Source: Pyrobaculum calidifontis JCM 11548 (GTDB taxonomy: Archaea; Thermoproteota; Thermoprotei; Thermoproteales; Thermoproteaceae). Taken from it: DNA of 32,000 nt. This document shows, piece after piece, positions 12,417 through 20,502 of this stretch. The position numbers were made by a program, and so were the translations under genes. Position 1 is the stretch's first letter. Every line of letters begins with the position of its first letter. Where the stretch lies: assembly GCF_000015805.1 (NCBI RefSeq), contig NC_009073.1, positions 180,001 through 212,000 on the forward strand. The letters are read 5' to 3'. The notes below the pieces were generated by a model that saw nothing but the letters and a program-made list of their open reading frames with translations, had not been told where the DNA came from and did not search any database.

Positions 12417-15086
12417 ATGTGGCGGACAAAACTGCTACTGGTCCTGGCTTTCTTACTACTCCTGTCGGCGGTAGCCTCGGCGCAGATAAAGTGGGCTAAA
12501 CATATCAATCCTACAAGCGGAATAGACAAGGGCTATGGCACTTGCCTGTTTGGAAACTACCTAGTAATAGTGGGTAGGGCTGGTGACTCGCCCTTCCTTG
12601 CGCTGTTGGACAGAGAGAGCGGGGAAGTGGTAAAAATGTGGAGTAGAGGAAGCGGGTGGTTTATCAACTGCATAGCCGTAGGCGACAGTCTGTACGCGGC
12701 TGGATATGTGGAGGAGCGAGATGAGTATTACCAAATCTACGTATTTGACAGAAACCTAAACGTGATAAACAGAGTTCAAGTGAACAATGCCGGCCTTAGA
12801 GACATCATATACTGGGACGGGTACTTCTACATCGGGGGGTATGTGTGGAAAGACTTCGGTGGCCAGTATAAGCCCGTGTGGTATATAGAGAAGAGGGCCC
12901 CCGACCTAAGCCTTGTGGCCTACAGGGAGATATACGACGCCAACTGGGAGGACAGCGATGTATACAACGTTGGCGTAAACCCAGTCACGGGGGATGTGTG
13001 GGCTGTTGGCTATTACACAGTCGGCGGAGTAGAGCGCCCCCTCGTAGCTATACTAGACAAAAACCTAAACCTCAAAAGGCTCATACAACTCCCAGGCTAC
13101 ACCGGATTTTTCGGCGGTATATGCTTTGACAGAGAGGGAAACGCCTACGTTAGCGGCAACAGGACCACTGTTAAGTATGACAAAAGCGGCAACTATATAA
13201 AAAGATACAGCGGTGGTGGTCTTATTACATGTATTAAAGATAGGCTATACTCATTTGCGCATGTAAATGCTACAGTGATAGTTCCTATGCATCAACTTGT
13301 GTACTCAGTAATAGATATGGAGACAATGGAGAGAATTAAACAAGTAGATCTTCCTGCCTCTAGTATTGGCATATTTAACTTAACTACTGTTTACGCCCCC
13401 GGCAGACCGTCTTTTGACGGGCGGTATGTCTACGCGGCTGGCGTCTTGGATCTCGGCTTTAGGACAGAAGGTGGGATGATCACTAGGGATACCGAGATCG
13501 TGGTTTTTGCCGTGCCGGTCGTGTCAACGGTCAAGGTGGTGGACTCTTCTGGCCGCCCGCTTGCTGGCTTTGTTGTAAGAGGCGTTACCGACAGCTATTC
13601 CCTTGTCAACTCCACTGGGGCCGACGGCGTTGCGTCGTTTTGGGGTCTGGCGCCTGACGTCGTCTACGTCTTTGACAGAAGTGGGCGGTTGGTGTGGGTT
13701 GGCAATGTCACCTCGCTTGTTGCCACCGTCACGGTGCGTTTGGCCAACTCCCTTCCTGCCACAAGCCCGGCCGACTTGAGAGGCTACTTAGTGTTGAAGA
13801 GAGTGCTCTTCATAGACGGCTCAACTAGAGACGTGAAATACAACTTCCAGCTTGCCAACGGCGTTTTAACCGTGGAGGGGGACGTGCCGCTGGATGTGCC
13901 GTACCCAGTGGAGGTTTATGTGACAGAGTTCTCCATTGGCTCCGCCACTCTCGTACTGCGTGGTGGAGCCTACCTCGCCTATTCTGGCACGGCGAGGGAC
14001 TTAGCCAACGGCCTTGACTTCGGCAACTTGTTCACTAGGCTGGAGGTCTCTGCGGTGGACTCCACGGGCGCCGCGAGGAGTGACTGGGCTGTCCAGTTGA
14101 TCTACCAAGGCGCCAAATTAGCCGAGGGGAGGGGCGCGCTCACCGTCGTTGTGCCGCGTACCTCTGTGCTTGGCCAGCCCTACGTGGCCAAGGTCGTCAC
14201 CACGGCCCTCGCGCCGGATGGGTTGGCCGCTACAAGGGAACAGTTAGTAGCAGCGGAGGGGGACAGAAGGGAGGTGCGGCTGGTGGTGAACACTACCAGG
14301 GTAACCGTGTTGGCCGTGGATGGGTTTGGGCAGAGGAGGGATTGGCCGGTGGAGATCGAGAACGTGGCGAGGGGTGTGGGCTATGTGTCTGCTGAGCTGT
14401 TGGATGGTGCCGTGTATACGGCCAAGGCGTCGGGCCTTGGCTTCACTAACGTGACTAAGTTTGTGGCTAGGGGCCCGGAGATGTCCGTGGCTGTGAAAAT
14501 ACCCACGGCCCGTCTCACGGCGCGGGTAGTGGACGGCTTTGGCAATGTGAGGAGCGACTGGCCTGTGGAGGTGGTGGGCGTGGGCTCTGGGCAGGGTTCC
14601 GTCGCGGCTGAGGTGCTTGCTGGGCGGTACATGGTGAGGGCCACGGCGTTTGGGAGAGAGTTTGCGAGGGAGGTGGAGGTGGCGCCTGGCCAAAATGTCG
14701 TTGCAGCGGTGCAAGTGCCCACGGCGCGGTTGAAGATATACGTCGTAGACGACGATAGGAAGCCTATTGACCAGTACGTCACTTCGGTGGAGGTGAGCGG
14801 TCCAGTGGCTCAGAGCTTTTCCAGGCCTCCCGGCGACATAGAGGTATTGGCAGGACAGTACACTGTCACTGTCACAGCCTTGGGCAAGCTGGCGTCATCG
14901 CAGGCAGTGCTACAGCCCGGCCAATACGCCACAGTTGAAGTGCTTGTGCCAGGCACCGCTGGGATAGACATAGGGGGAACCCGCATCACGTATTCAACGC
15001 TTTATACAATACTGGGAGTAGCCGTAGCTGTGGCTGTGATTGGCTTTGTCGTAGTGAGGTTGAGATCTAGGGGGAAGGGGCATTGA
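12417..15086 (+). CDS. large secreted/surface protein: signal peptide, beta-propeller-like repeats, tandem CarboxypepD_reg/Ig-like domains, C-terminal TM anchor
   Basis: I chose ATG 12417 over 12399 because ttataaag (12390-12397) is about 24 nt upstream of 12417. The signal peptide is MWRTKLLLVLAFLLLLSAVASAQ. The recurring YxxG-type blade motif appears as LYAAGYV, FYIGGYV, VWAVGYY, VYAAGV. Repeated VVD..G.P-type beta-sandwich modules follow. The C-terminal anchor is ILGVAVAVAVIGFVVVRLRSRGKGH. Confidence 0.85.
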   Translation: MWRTKLLLVLAFLLLLSAVASAQIKWAKHINPTSGIDKGYGTCLFGNYLVIVGRAGDSPFLALLDRESGEVVKMWSRGSGWFINCIAVGDSLYAAGYVEERDEYYQIYVFDRNLNVINRVQVNNAGLRDIIYWDGYFYIGGYVWKDFGGQYKPVWYIEKRAPDLSLVAYREIYDANWEDSDVYNVGVNPVTGDVWAVGYYTVGGVERPLVAILDKNLNLKRLIQLPGYTGFFGGICFDREGNAYVSGNRTTVKYDKSGNYIKRYSGGGLITCIKDRLYSFAHVNATVIVPMHQLVYSVIDMETMERIKQVDLPASSIGIFNLTTVYAPGRPSFDGRYVYAAGVLDLGFRTEGGMITRDTEIVVFAVPVVSTVKVVDSSGRPLAGFVVRGVTDSYSLVNSTGADGVASFWGLAPDVVYVFDRSGRLVWVGNVTSLVATVTVRLANSLPATSPADLRGYLVLKRVLFIDGSTRDVKYNFQLANGVLTVEGDVPLDVPYPVEVYVTEFSIGSATLVLRGGAYLAYSGTARDLANGLDFGNLFTRLEVSAVDSTGAARSDWAVQLIYQGAKLAEGRGALTVVVPRTSVLGQPYVAKVVTTALAPDGLAATREQLVAAEGDRREVRLVVNTTRVTVLAVDGFGQRRDWPVEIENVARGVGYVSAELLDGAVYTAKASGLGFTNVTKFVARGPEMSVAVKIPTARLTARVVDGFGNVRSDWPVEVVGVGSGQGSVAAEVLAGRYMVRATAFGREFAREVEVAPGQNVVAAVQVPTARLKIYVVDDDRKPIDQYVTSVEVSGPVAQSFSRPPGDIEVLAGQYTVTVTALGKLASSQAVLQPGQYATVEVLVPGTAGIDIGGTRITYSTLYTILGVAVAVAVIGFVVVRLRSRGKGH
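14316..14960 (+). repeat. three tandem 71-72-codon domain repeats inside the surface-protein gene
   Basis: Repeat units start with VDGFGQRRDWPVE (14316), VDGFGNVRSDWPVE (14529) and VDDDRKPIDQYV (14745). Each ends in ...V(K/Q)(I/V)PTARL or VLVPG. Periods are 213 and 216 nt. The end coordinate is approximate. Confidence 0.6.
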
Positions 15087-15288
15087 CCGAAAGACCAGAT
15101 AACTCCGTCTGTTGTTATCAGCGAGTTGCTTTGTTGGAGGGCGTCGGTGTTGCTCACAGCGCTTTTTAGAAGCGTGAGACGCTGGGGGGAGCGGCTGACG
15201 CCCCTTCGTCGTAATTGCGCTGGGATGGGTGGCGAATTGTGCACGTGGCGGTGGGCAGAAGTCGGTTGATGTAGAAGGCGTAGGGGCG

Positions 15289-15996
15289 TTACGTTTCCAC
15301 TGTCTCTATACATTCGCCGTATTTTTCTTCCCACTTTCTAATTCTATGGCCGCGTTCGTTTATCCACTTTACGATGGTGGTGGGGTCTCTGCTTCCCACG
15401 TGTCTCTCCGCCGCGTGGTGGTAGTACTTGGCGAGGCGCCACAGGCAGTCGTTTACGGCCTTTGCGCCGACGTCCCTGGCGAAGGAGAAGTAGCGCAGGT
15501 CCCGCTCCGCGGTGACGACGTAGAAGCCGCGCCTCGCGCCCATTGTCAAAATAGTGGCGTCGTAAAACCCTACGTGGGGGTCGTAGGCAAGGTCGTCAGG
15601 CTCAACAGCGACAACCTCAATCTCGCCCACGCCCAGTGGAAAGATTGCCTCATTGGCGCATTTAAACAGCTCTTGGGTCAATCTGATTGCCTCCTGGTGA
15701 GACTTTCCGCGTGAGAGGGCGACCTCCCGGGCCTCCAGGAGGGCCAAGTCTGGTACATACACCTTGTCGCTTTTTCGGAGGAGGTCTATGATCCTCTTGC
15801 GTATTGTGGCGTCTCTAGGCGTCTGCGGGCACAGTGCATATAGTATGCTGGTGTCCAATAGGAGGGGGCTCCTCTCAGTTGCCAGCCTGAGTGCAGACTC
15901 GAAAAAATTGTGAGAGAGTATTCCAATTAGTCGCTGACATGTTCTAGACGCCTCCTTATCCGTAGAAACTCCTCGACGGAGGGGCACCCAGGGCAC
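15289..15996 (-). CDS. PIN-domain protein (VapC-like nuclease fold) with N- and C-terminal extensions
   Basis: The acidic PIN signature appears in order: LLLDTS, LLEAREV, FYDATIL, TAERDL. The only canonical in-frame starts upstream of the first Asp are ATG 15996 and GTG 15987, or TTG directly at LDTS. The ATG start overlaps the upstream gene by 70 nt. Confidence 0.75.
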   Translation of the reverse strand: MPWVPLRRGVSTDKEASRTCQRLIGILSHNFFESALRLATERSPLLLDTSILYALCPQTPRDATIRKRIIDLLRKSDKVYVPDLALLEAREVALSRGKSHQEAIRLTQELFKCANEAIFPLGVGEIEVVAVEPDDLAYDPHVGFYDATILTMGARRGFYVVTAERDLRYFSFARDVGAKAVNDCLWRLAKYYHHAAERHVGSRDPTTIVKWINERGHRIRKWEEKYGECIETVET

Positions 15997-16556
15997 CTCT
16001 CCCTGTTCCGCTTGATTTCCTCGCGGACTTGCCGCGCGTACTCCAGCACCTCAGTCATTTTGTGGCCTATAAACTCGTACTTGACGCCGCTGAGGAGGGT
16101 CTTCTTTTCTACGAGGCGGCGGAGCCCCTCTACGCCGTACTTTTCAACTATCTTCTTCACACGCTCTAAAATTGGCAGGAGGTCGCTTGGGATCTCGAAT
16201 GAGCCGGCCTTCTCTATCCTTGGCCACTTGCCGCCTCCCACTACGTGCACCAATCCCGCTGCCTCAAGCTTGGCGAGGCGTTCCCGCCAGCCCTCGATGA
16301 TGTAGCCGTGTTCTCCCACGACGACGTGTTGGGCCAGCTCTGGCCTCTTGAGTGCGACGTAGGCGAAGGCCTTGTTTAACAGCCTGAGGCTGACGTTGCC
16401 GAAGTAGTGTACTATGGCGGCGATCGTCTTTTCTACCTCGTCGAGCGCCACGCTTCTCTCTGCTAACACGTTATTGGTAATGCTTTGCCTTAATTTATTT
16501 CTTTTCCATGTTACACGGCGGGGTGTAAAGATGGCTCTTGCGGAAGGGGTCGGCAC
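15927..16556 (-). CDS. hypothetical protein, possible winged-helix partner of the PIN protein
   Basis: A 209-codon ORF from GTG 16556. The alternative GTG 16469 lies about 27 nt downstream of a TATA-like aaataaatta (complement of about 16491-16500). Composition is balanced. The segment WRERLAKLEAAGLVHVVGG resembles a wHTH wing. The C-terminus carries CPGC. No family recognised with confidence. Confidence 0.65.
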   Translation of the reverse strand: MPTPSARAIFTPRRVTWKRNKLRQSITNNVLAERSVALDEVEKTIAAIVHYFGNVSLRLLNKAFAYVALKRPELAQHVVVGEHGYIIEGWRERLAKLEAAGLVHVVGGGKWPRIEKAGSFEIPSDLLPILERVKKIVEKYGVEGLRRLVEKKTLLSGVKYEFIGHKMTEVLEYARQVREEIKRNRERCPGCPSVEEFLRIRRRLEHVSD

Positions 16557-16660
16557 GTTGCTTCAGTTAAACGATGTGTACACTTTGAGAGGGGGCGGCC
16601 CTCTGCCGCCTGTGGGCAACGCCTCCTCTCGCAATTTTTATTGTCTGTGTAGTTCTTTCT

Positions 16661-17377
16661 GTGCCTAGTTGGAGGGTGCATAGGGCGCTTGTGTTGCTTG
16701 CGGCGCGGGAGGTGGGGCTTCCGGAGGGGCTCCTTGGGGGTCTTCTGCGGGGGGTGGTGGAGCCCGACGAGGTGCCCGACAAGGTGCTTGTGTCTGGGAG
16801 GAGGCGCTCCTACTTTAGGCGGGTGGGGCACCACGGCCAGTTGCACCGGGCGCTTGTGGAGTATTACTACAACTTGGCGTGTTTTTACAGGGCGAGGGGG
16901 GACTTGTACAGCGCTGGGAGGGCCCTTGGCCGCGCGGCGCATTACCTCCAGGACGCGGCGGTTAAGACTAGGAAGTGGCTCATTTTCGACGTCCACGACG
17001 AGGTGGAGGCCGAGATGGGGAGGCTAGTCGGCTCTCTTCCGCATGTGTGCTCCCGACCCGCCGGCGACGCCGCTGTGTCCCTCTGCAAGGCCTACGCGGA
17101 CACCGTCCAGCTGTTTAGGCGCTTTGTCTCAGAGCCCGTTGTCGACCGGGCAACTGGGAGGCGCCTCCTGTGGAGGGGGCGGCTGAAGAAGTGGTCGGCC
17201 ATTGCTGCCCTCGGCTCTGCGCTTGTGGCTTCTGTCTTTGCGGCGTTGGCGTGGGGTTTCCTGGCCTCCGTGGCGGGGCTCTACCTGGCGCTTAGGTGGA
17301 CCCCAGGTGAGTACGTCGCGGCTATGCGGGCGGGGGTGCACAGGGTAGAGCCGCCTGGCTACGAGACGGCGATGTAG
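16661..17377 (+). CDS. hypothetical membrane-anchored protein, possible metal-dependent hydrolase
   Basis: GTG 16661 is about 23 nt downstream of tttttatt (about 16634-16641). His/Asp motifs (SWRVHRAL at the N-terminus, GHHG, AAHYLQDAA, FDVHDEVE) are weakly reminiscent of Zn-dependent phospholipase C / P1-nuclease-type proteins. Two C-terminal hydrophobic helices are present (WSAIAALGSALVASVFAALAWGFLASVAGLYLAL). The functional call is weak. Confidence 0.6.
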   Translation: MPSWRVHRALVLLAAREVGLPEGLLGGLLRGVVEPDEVPDKVLVSGRRRSYFRRVGHHGQLHRALVEYYYNLACFYRARGDLYSAGRALGRAAHYLQDAAVKTRKWLIFDVHDEVEAEMGRLVGSLPHVCSRPAGDAAVSLCKAYADTVQLFRRFVSEPVVDRATGRRLLWRGRLKKWSAIAALGSALVASVFAALAWGFLASVAGLYLALRWTPGEYVAAMRAGVHRVEPPGYETAM

Positions 17378-17502
17378 CGGCTGGGCGCCTTCGCCGCCGC
17401 TGTGGGGGCGGTGGACGCGTTTGGCGGGGGACCGCGGTCTGCGTGGTGGGATGTTTAAATTTGTGGGGGTGTGGTGTACCTGTGTGATGAGGGTTCGGGA
17501 CA

Positions 17503-18108
17503 CTATGGATGGGTGATAGGCACCTGGAGGGCTGACTGTGTGCATTGTGCGTCTAGGAGGGGGGCTACTGGGGCCTCTGCCAGCCCCTCGTCTATGGCCC
17601 ATATTGCCGTGGCGAGTACTGCCCTTGAGGTGGGGCCTAGGGGTATGGGGGTCTGGAGGGGGGTGGGGTCGTGGTGGTGGTCGGCGTCTGGGCAGCCGCG
17701 CCCCGCGGCTATTAGGGTGATGCCGGGTATGGCCTCTCTGGCCCTCCTGGCTAGGGCCTTTGCGAGGGGCTTGTCGGCGCAGGGTAGGACTAGGGTGTCT
17801 GCGTGGATGGCGGCGGCGACCACCTTGTCTGCGAGGTAGTTGTAGTAGGCGTATTCCATTACCTGCTCGATGTCGGCCCCGTCTTTCGCATATCGGCACT
17901 TCCCGCCGCAGGCTAGCTCTATTATGCGGCCGGCGGCTTCGTCGTCGGTGTAGAACTTGTCGATGCCCATGTCCGCCAGCCTCTTGGCCACGTGGGGGGC
18001 CACGTGTTGTACGTAGTGGAGGGTTGGGGTTAGGTATAGGACTGGGGCGACTATTCTCCTCCCCTTGTGGTAGATCGCGACGCCGTCTTCGGTTAGGTAG
18101 AACTCCAT
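17503..18108 (-). CDS. hypothetical protein
   Basis: A 201-aa ORF with ordinary protein-like composition (MEFYLTEDGVAIYHKGRRIVAPVLYLTPTLHYVQH..., CGGKC, GCPDADHHHD). It has its own TATA-like element. The overlapping 360-aa ORF 17129..18211 is Arg/Pro-rich and rejected. Confidence 0.7.
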   Translation of the reverse strand: MEFYLTEDGVAIYHKGRRIVAPVLYLTPTLHYVQHVAPHVAKRLADMGIDKFYTDDEAAGRIIELACGGKCRYAKDGADIEQVMEYAYYNYLADKVVAAAIHADTLVLPCADKPLAKALARRAREAIPGITLIAAGRGCPDADHHHDPTPLQTPIPLGPTSRAVLATAIWAIDEGLAEAPVAPLLDAQCTQSALQVPITHP

Positions 18109-18110
18109 TA

Positions 18111-18135
18111 TCTATAAATATGTGTGGCTTTATGT
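18111..18135. promoter_or_regulatory. back-to-back TATA elements in a 32-bp divergent intergenic region
   Basis: tataaata (18113-18120) is about 24 nt upstream of ATG 18141 (plus strand). acataaag (complement of 18128-18135) is about 23 nt upstream of ATG 18108 (minus strand). Confidence 0.5.
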
Positions 18136-18140
18136 AGCTT

Positions 18141-19358
18141 ATGGATTTCGAACTGTCTAGGGAGGATAGGCTTTTTCTCGAGTCTGTGAAAAGCTTCGCT
18201 GAGAGGGTCATTGCGCCTAGGTGGGTTGACTTGGACGAGGGGAAGTGGCCTATTGAGGAGGCGGCGGCTAGGCTGGGGGAGGCGGGGCTGTTGGGGATTC
18301 CCCTCAGCTCTAAGTACGGCGGGCAGGATGGGACCTTCCTCCAGGCGGCTTTGGCTGTGGAGGAGTTGGCCTATGCCGACCCCTCGCTGGCTGTGCCGGT
18401 GTACGTGCTTTTGGAGACTGCGTGGCCGTACATGGTTCAGCGGTATGGGAGAGAGGAGGCGAAGGAGGAGGTTCTGCCGGAGGTGGCCAGGGGGCGGGCG
18501 TTTGTGGGCATTGGGTCCACGGAGCCGCAGGGGGGCAGCGACGTGGCTTCTGTGGTCACGAAGGCGGTGAAGGAGGGCGACTTGTGGAAGCTCTACGGGG
18601 AGAAGAACATGGTCACTGGCGTGGCTACGATTTTGAATCTCCCGTACGGCGGGGGGGTGGTGGCTATTACGAGGACGGGGAGGGTGGAGGACAAGCACAG
18701 GGGGATTACCACGTTTTTGGCGTTGTTGAAGAGGAGGGGGAGGGTCACCCCCGGGTTTACGCATAGGGACTGGGACGAGATTGGCAGACACGGCTTGCCC
18801 ACGGGGTACTTGACCCTAGAGGGCCTGCCCGTGGAGGAGGTGTTTATGCTTGGGGAGCTGAACGGCGGGTTTAAGGTGGCGATGGAGGGGTTCAACCTGG
18901 CCCGTACAGTCATCGGCGCTGCGTCTGTGGGCGCGGCGCGCTGGCTCCTCGATAGGGGGCTGGAGTGGATTAGGCAGAGGGTGGTGTTTGGGAGGCCCAT
19001 AGCCTCGTACCAGGCGGTCAGCTTCAGGTTTGCCGAGCTGTATGCGAGGCTTCAGGCGGCTCAGCTGGCGGTGTACAAGGCGGCGTGGGTTGCGGATAGG
19101 TTCTACAGGGGGGACTCGGCTTTTACTGTGCAAGACGTGGCGACTGCGGGGGCTGTGGCTAAGCTCTTGGCGGTTCCGCTGGCGGTGGAGGTGGCGTTGG
19201 AGGTCATGAAGTGGTTTGGCGGCGCCTCGTACTTCAAGGAGACGAACGTGGCGAGGGCCCTCCTGGGCGTACTGTCCTACTACGTGGGGGCTGAGGGGGC
19301 TGAGAACATAATGAAGTTGATCATTGCCAGAAACGTCGTTGGGAGAGAGTTTGTGTGA
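18141..19358 (+). CDS. acyl-CoA dehydrogenase family protein
   Basis: 405 aa with the typical ACAD N-terminus (MDFELSREDRLFLESVKSFAERVIAP), GLLGIPLSSKYGG, the middle-domain GSTEPQGGSDVAS, and a C-terminal helical domain ending GAEGAENIMKLIIAR. Confidence 0.9.
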   Translation: MDFELSREDRLFLESVKSFAERVIAPRWVDLDEGKWPIEEAAARLGEAGLLGIPLSSKYGGQDGTFLQAALAVEELAYADPSLAVPVYVLLETAWPYMVQRYGREEAKEEVLPEVARGRAFVGIGSTEPQGGSDVASVVTKAVKEGDLWKLYGEKNMVTGVATILNLPYGGGVVAITRTGRVEDKHRGITTFLALLKRRGRVTPGFTHRDWDEIGRHGLPTGYLTLEGLPVEEVFMLGELNGGFKVAMEGFNLARTVIGAASVGAARWLLDRGLEWIRQRVVFGRPIASYQAVSFRFAELYARLQAAQLAVYKAAWVADRFYRGDSAFTVQDVATAGAVAKLLAVPLAVEVALEVMKWFGGASYFKETNVARALLGVLSYYVGAEGAENIMKLIIARNVVGREFV

Positions 19359-20047
19359 AGAGGGTAGAGGGGCTGAGGGTACAGCTAGACGCAGTTGCGT
19401 ATCTGAAGTCTGTCAAAAAGCTTTTGGGTGTGACGTATAGAGAGCTCTCCGCCCTCCTCGACATTCCCGAGAGTGTCCTCTCGCGGTACGCCACTGGGGA
19501 CATGTTGCCGTCGGTGGCCACTGCGGAGGAGATGTTGGCCAGGCTGGAGAAGGCCTACCCAGTGCCCGAGGTGGTGAGGGCCAAGGTGAAGGTTTACGAG
19601 TCGTATGTGGACATGTCCTTTGCCTACCTCCCAGAGTTTTGGCAGCTGTACGAGGTGTACCTGGCGCGTAGGTTCGCCGGTGTGGAGGTGGACAAGGTCT
19701 TGACCGCCGCCGTGGATGGCATCCCGCTCGCCGTGGCCGCGGCGTCTAGGTTCGAGGCGCCGCTGGTCGTGGCTAAGACGTATAAGGAGCCTGGGGTTGA
19801 GAACTACGAATACACATATCTCAGGGAGGGGAGGCCGGCCACGTTGTATGTCCCCTCGCCGCTCTTGAGGCGGAGGGACAGAGTGCTCATCATAGACGAC
19901 ATAGCTAGGACGGGCCGCACTCTTAGGGCTCTGGCGGAGCTGGCGGCCAGGGCGGGGGCCGTGGTGGTGGGCGCCTCTGTGCTAGTGGCTAAGAGCGGCT
20001 TCAGCGCAGGCGTGGACTTCCCCGTCGACGTGTTGTACACCTACTAA
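19355..20047 (+). CDS. HTH (XRE-like) domain fused to a phosphoribosyltransferase domain; putative ligand-sensing transcriptional regulator (GfcR/PurR-like architecture)
   Basis: The GTG start overlaps the ACAD stop (GTGA, 19355-19358). The N-terminal HTH is LLGVTYRELSALLDIPESVLSRYATGDMLPS. The C-terminal PRPP-binding loop is VLIIDDIARTGRTLRAL. Confidence 0.8.
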   Translation: MKRVEGLRVQLDAVAYLKSVKKLLGVTYRELSALLDIPESVLSRYATGDMLPSVATAEEMLARLEKAYPVPEVVRAKVKVYESYVDMSFAYLPEFWQLYEVYLARRFAGVEVDKVLTAAVDGIPLAVAAASRFEAPLVVAKTYKEPGVENYEYTYLREGRPATLYVPSPLLRRRDRVLIIDDIARTGRTLRALAELAARAGAVVVGASVLVAKSGFSAGVDFPVDVLYTY

Positions 20048-20074
20048 CTTTAAAAGGGGGGCGTGTATTTACAT

Positions 20075-20491
20075 ATGATCACAGTGTCAGACGTGCTCAA
20101 AAGGCCCCCGGTCACTCTGCCCGAGTCTGCCACTATTAGAGATGTGGCGACTGCGCTTTCTCAAAACCGCGTGGGCCTCCTCGTCCTGGTGTCAAAGGAC
20201 GACCCGAAGAGGCCTGTGGCGGTGGTGTCGGAGCGCGACGTGCTTAGGGCGGTGGCGCAGAGGCTGGACCTAGACGGGCCTGCTATGTCTATTGCCAACA
20301 GGCCCATAACTGTGTTAGACACAGACCCGGTCTACGTGGCGGCGGAGAAGATGAGGGCCCACAACATAAGACACGTCGTAGTTGTGGACAAGGAGGGCAG
20401 GCTGGTGGGAGTCTTGTCCATAAGAGACATATGCTTCGAGAGAGCCGCCCTGCTCGAGCTGGCGGCCCGGGAGGCGCCAGCGACGCCTTAG
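20075..20491 (+). CDS. CBS domain pair protein
   Basis: ATG 20075 is about 23 nt downstream of ctttaaaag (20048-20056); the track start GTG 20063 is too close to the TATA. Two CBS repeats are present ([12 protein letters not shown]...[11 protein letters not shown] and [42 protein letters not shown]). Confidence 0.85.
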   Translation: MITVSDVLKRPPVTLPESATIRDVATALSQNRVGLLVLVSKDDPKRPVAVVSERDVLRAVAQRLDLDGPAMSIANRPITVLDTDPVYVAAEKMRAHNIRHVVVVDKEGRLVGVLSIRDICFERAALLELAAREAPATP

Positions 20492-20502
20492 GCAGAGGCG
20501 CC

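Noticed and set aside
12260-12499. 79-codon plus-strand ORF overlapping the start of the surface-protein gene.
   Set aside because: It runs across the TATA box and signal-peptide region of the 890-aa gene in another frame. It has no promoter of its own at the right distance.
16511-16996. 161-aa minus-strand ORF and the 112-aa plus ORF 16689..17027.
   Set aside because: Both are Pro/Arg/Lys/His-rich or Gly/Arg/Trp-rich junk overlapping the better 238-aa frame.
17129-18211. 360-aa minus-strand ORF.
   Set aside because: It is extremely Arg/Pro/Gly/His-rich and low in complexity. It overlaps the well-formed 201-aa gene and the 3' end of 16661..17377 in other frames. This is typical of a GC-driven spurious frame.
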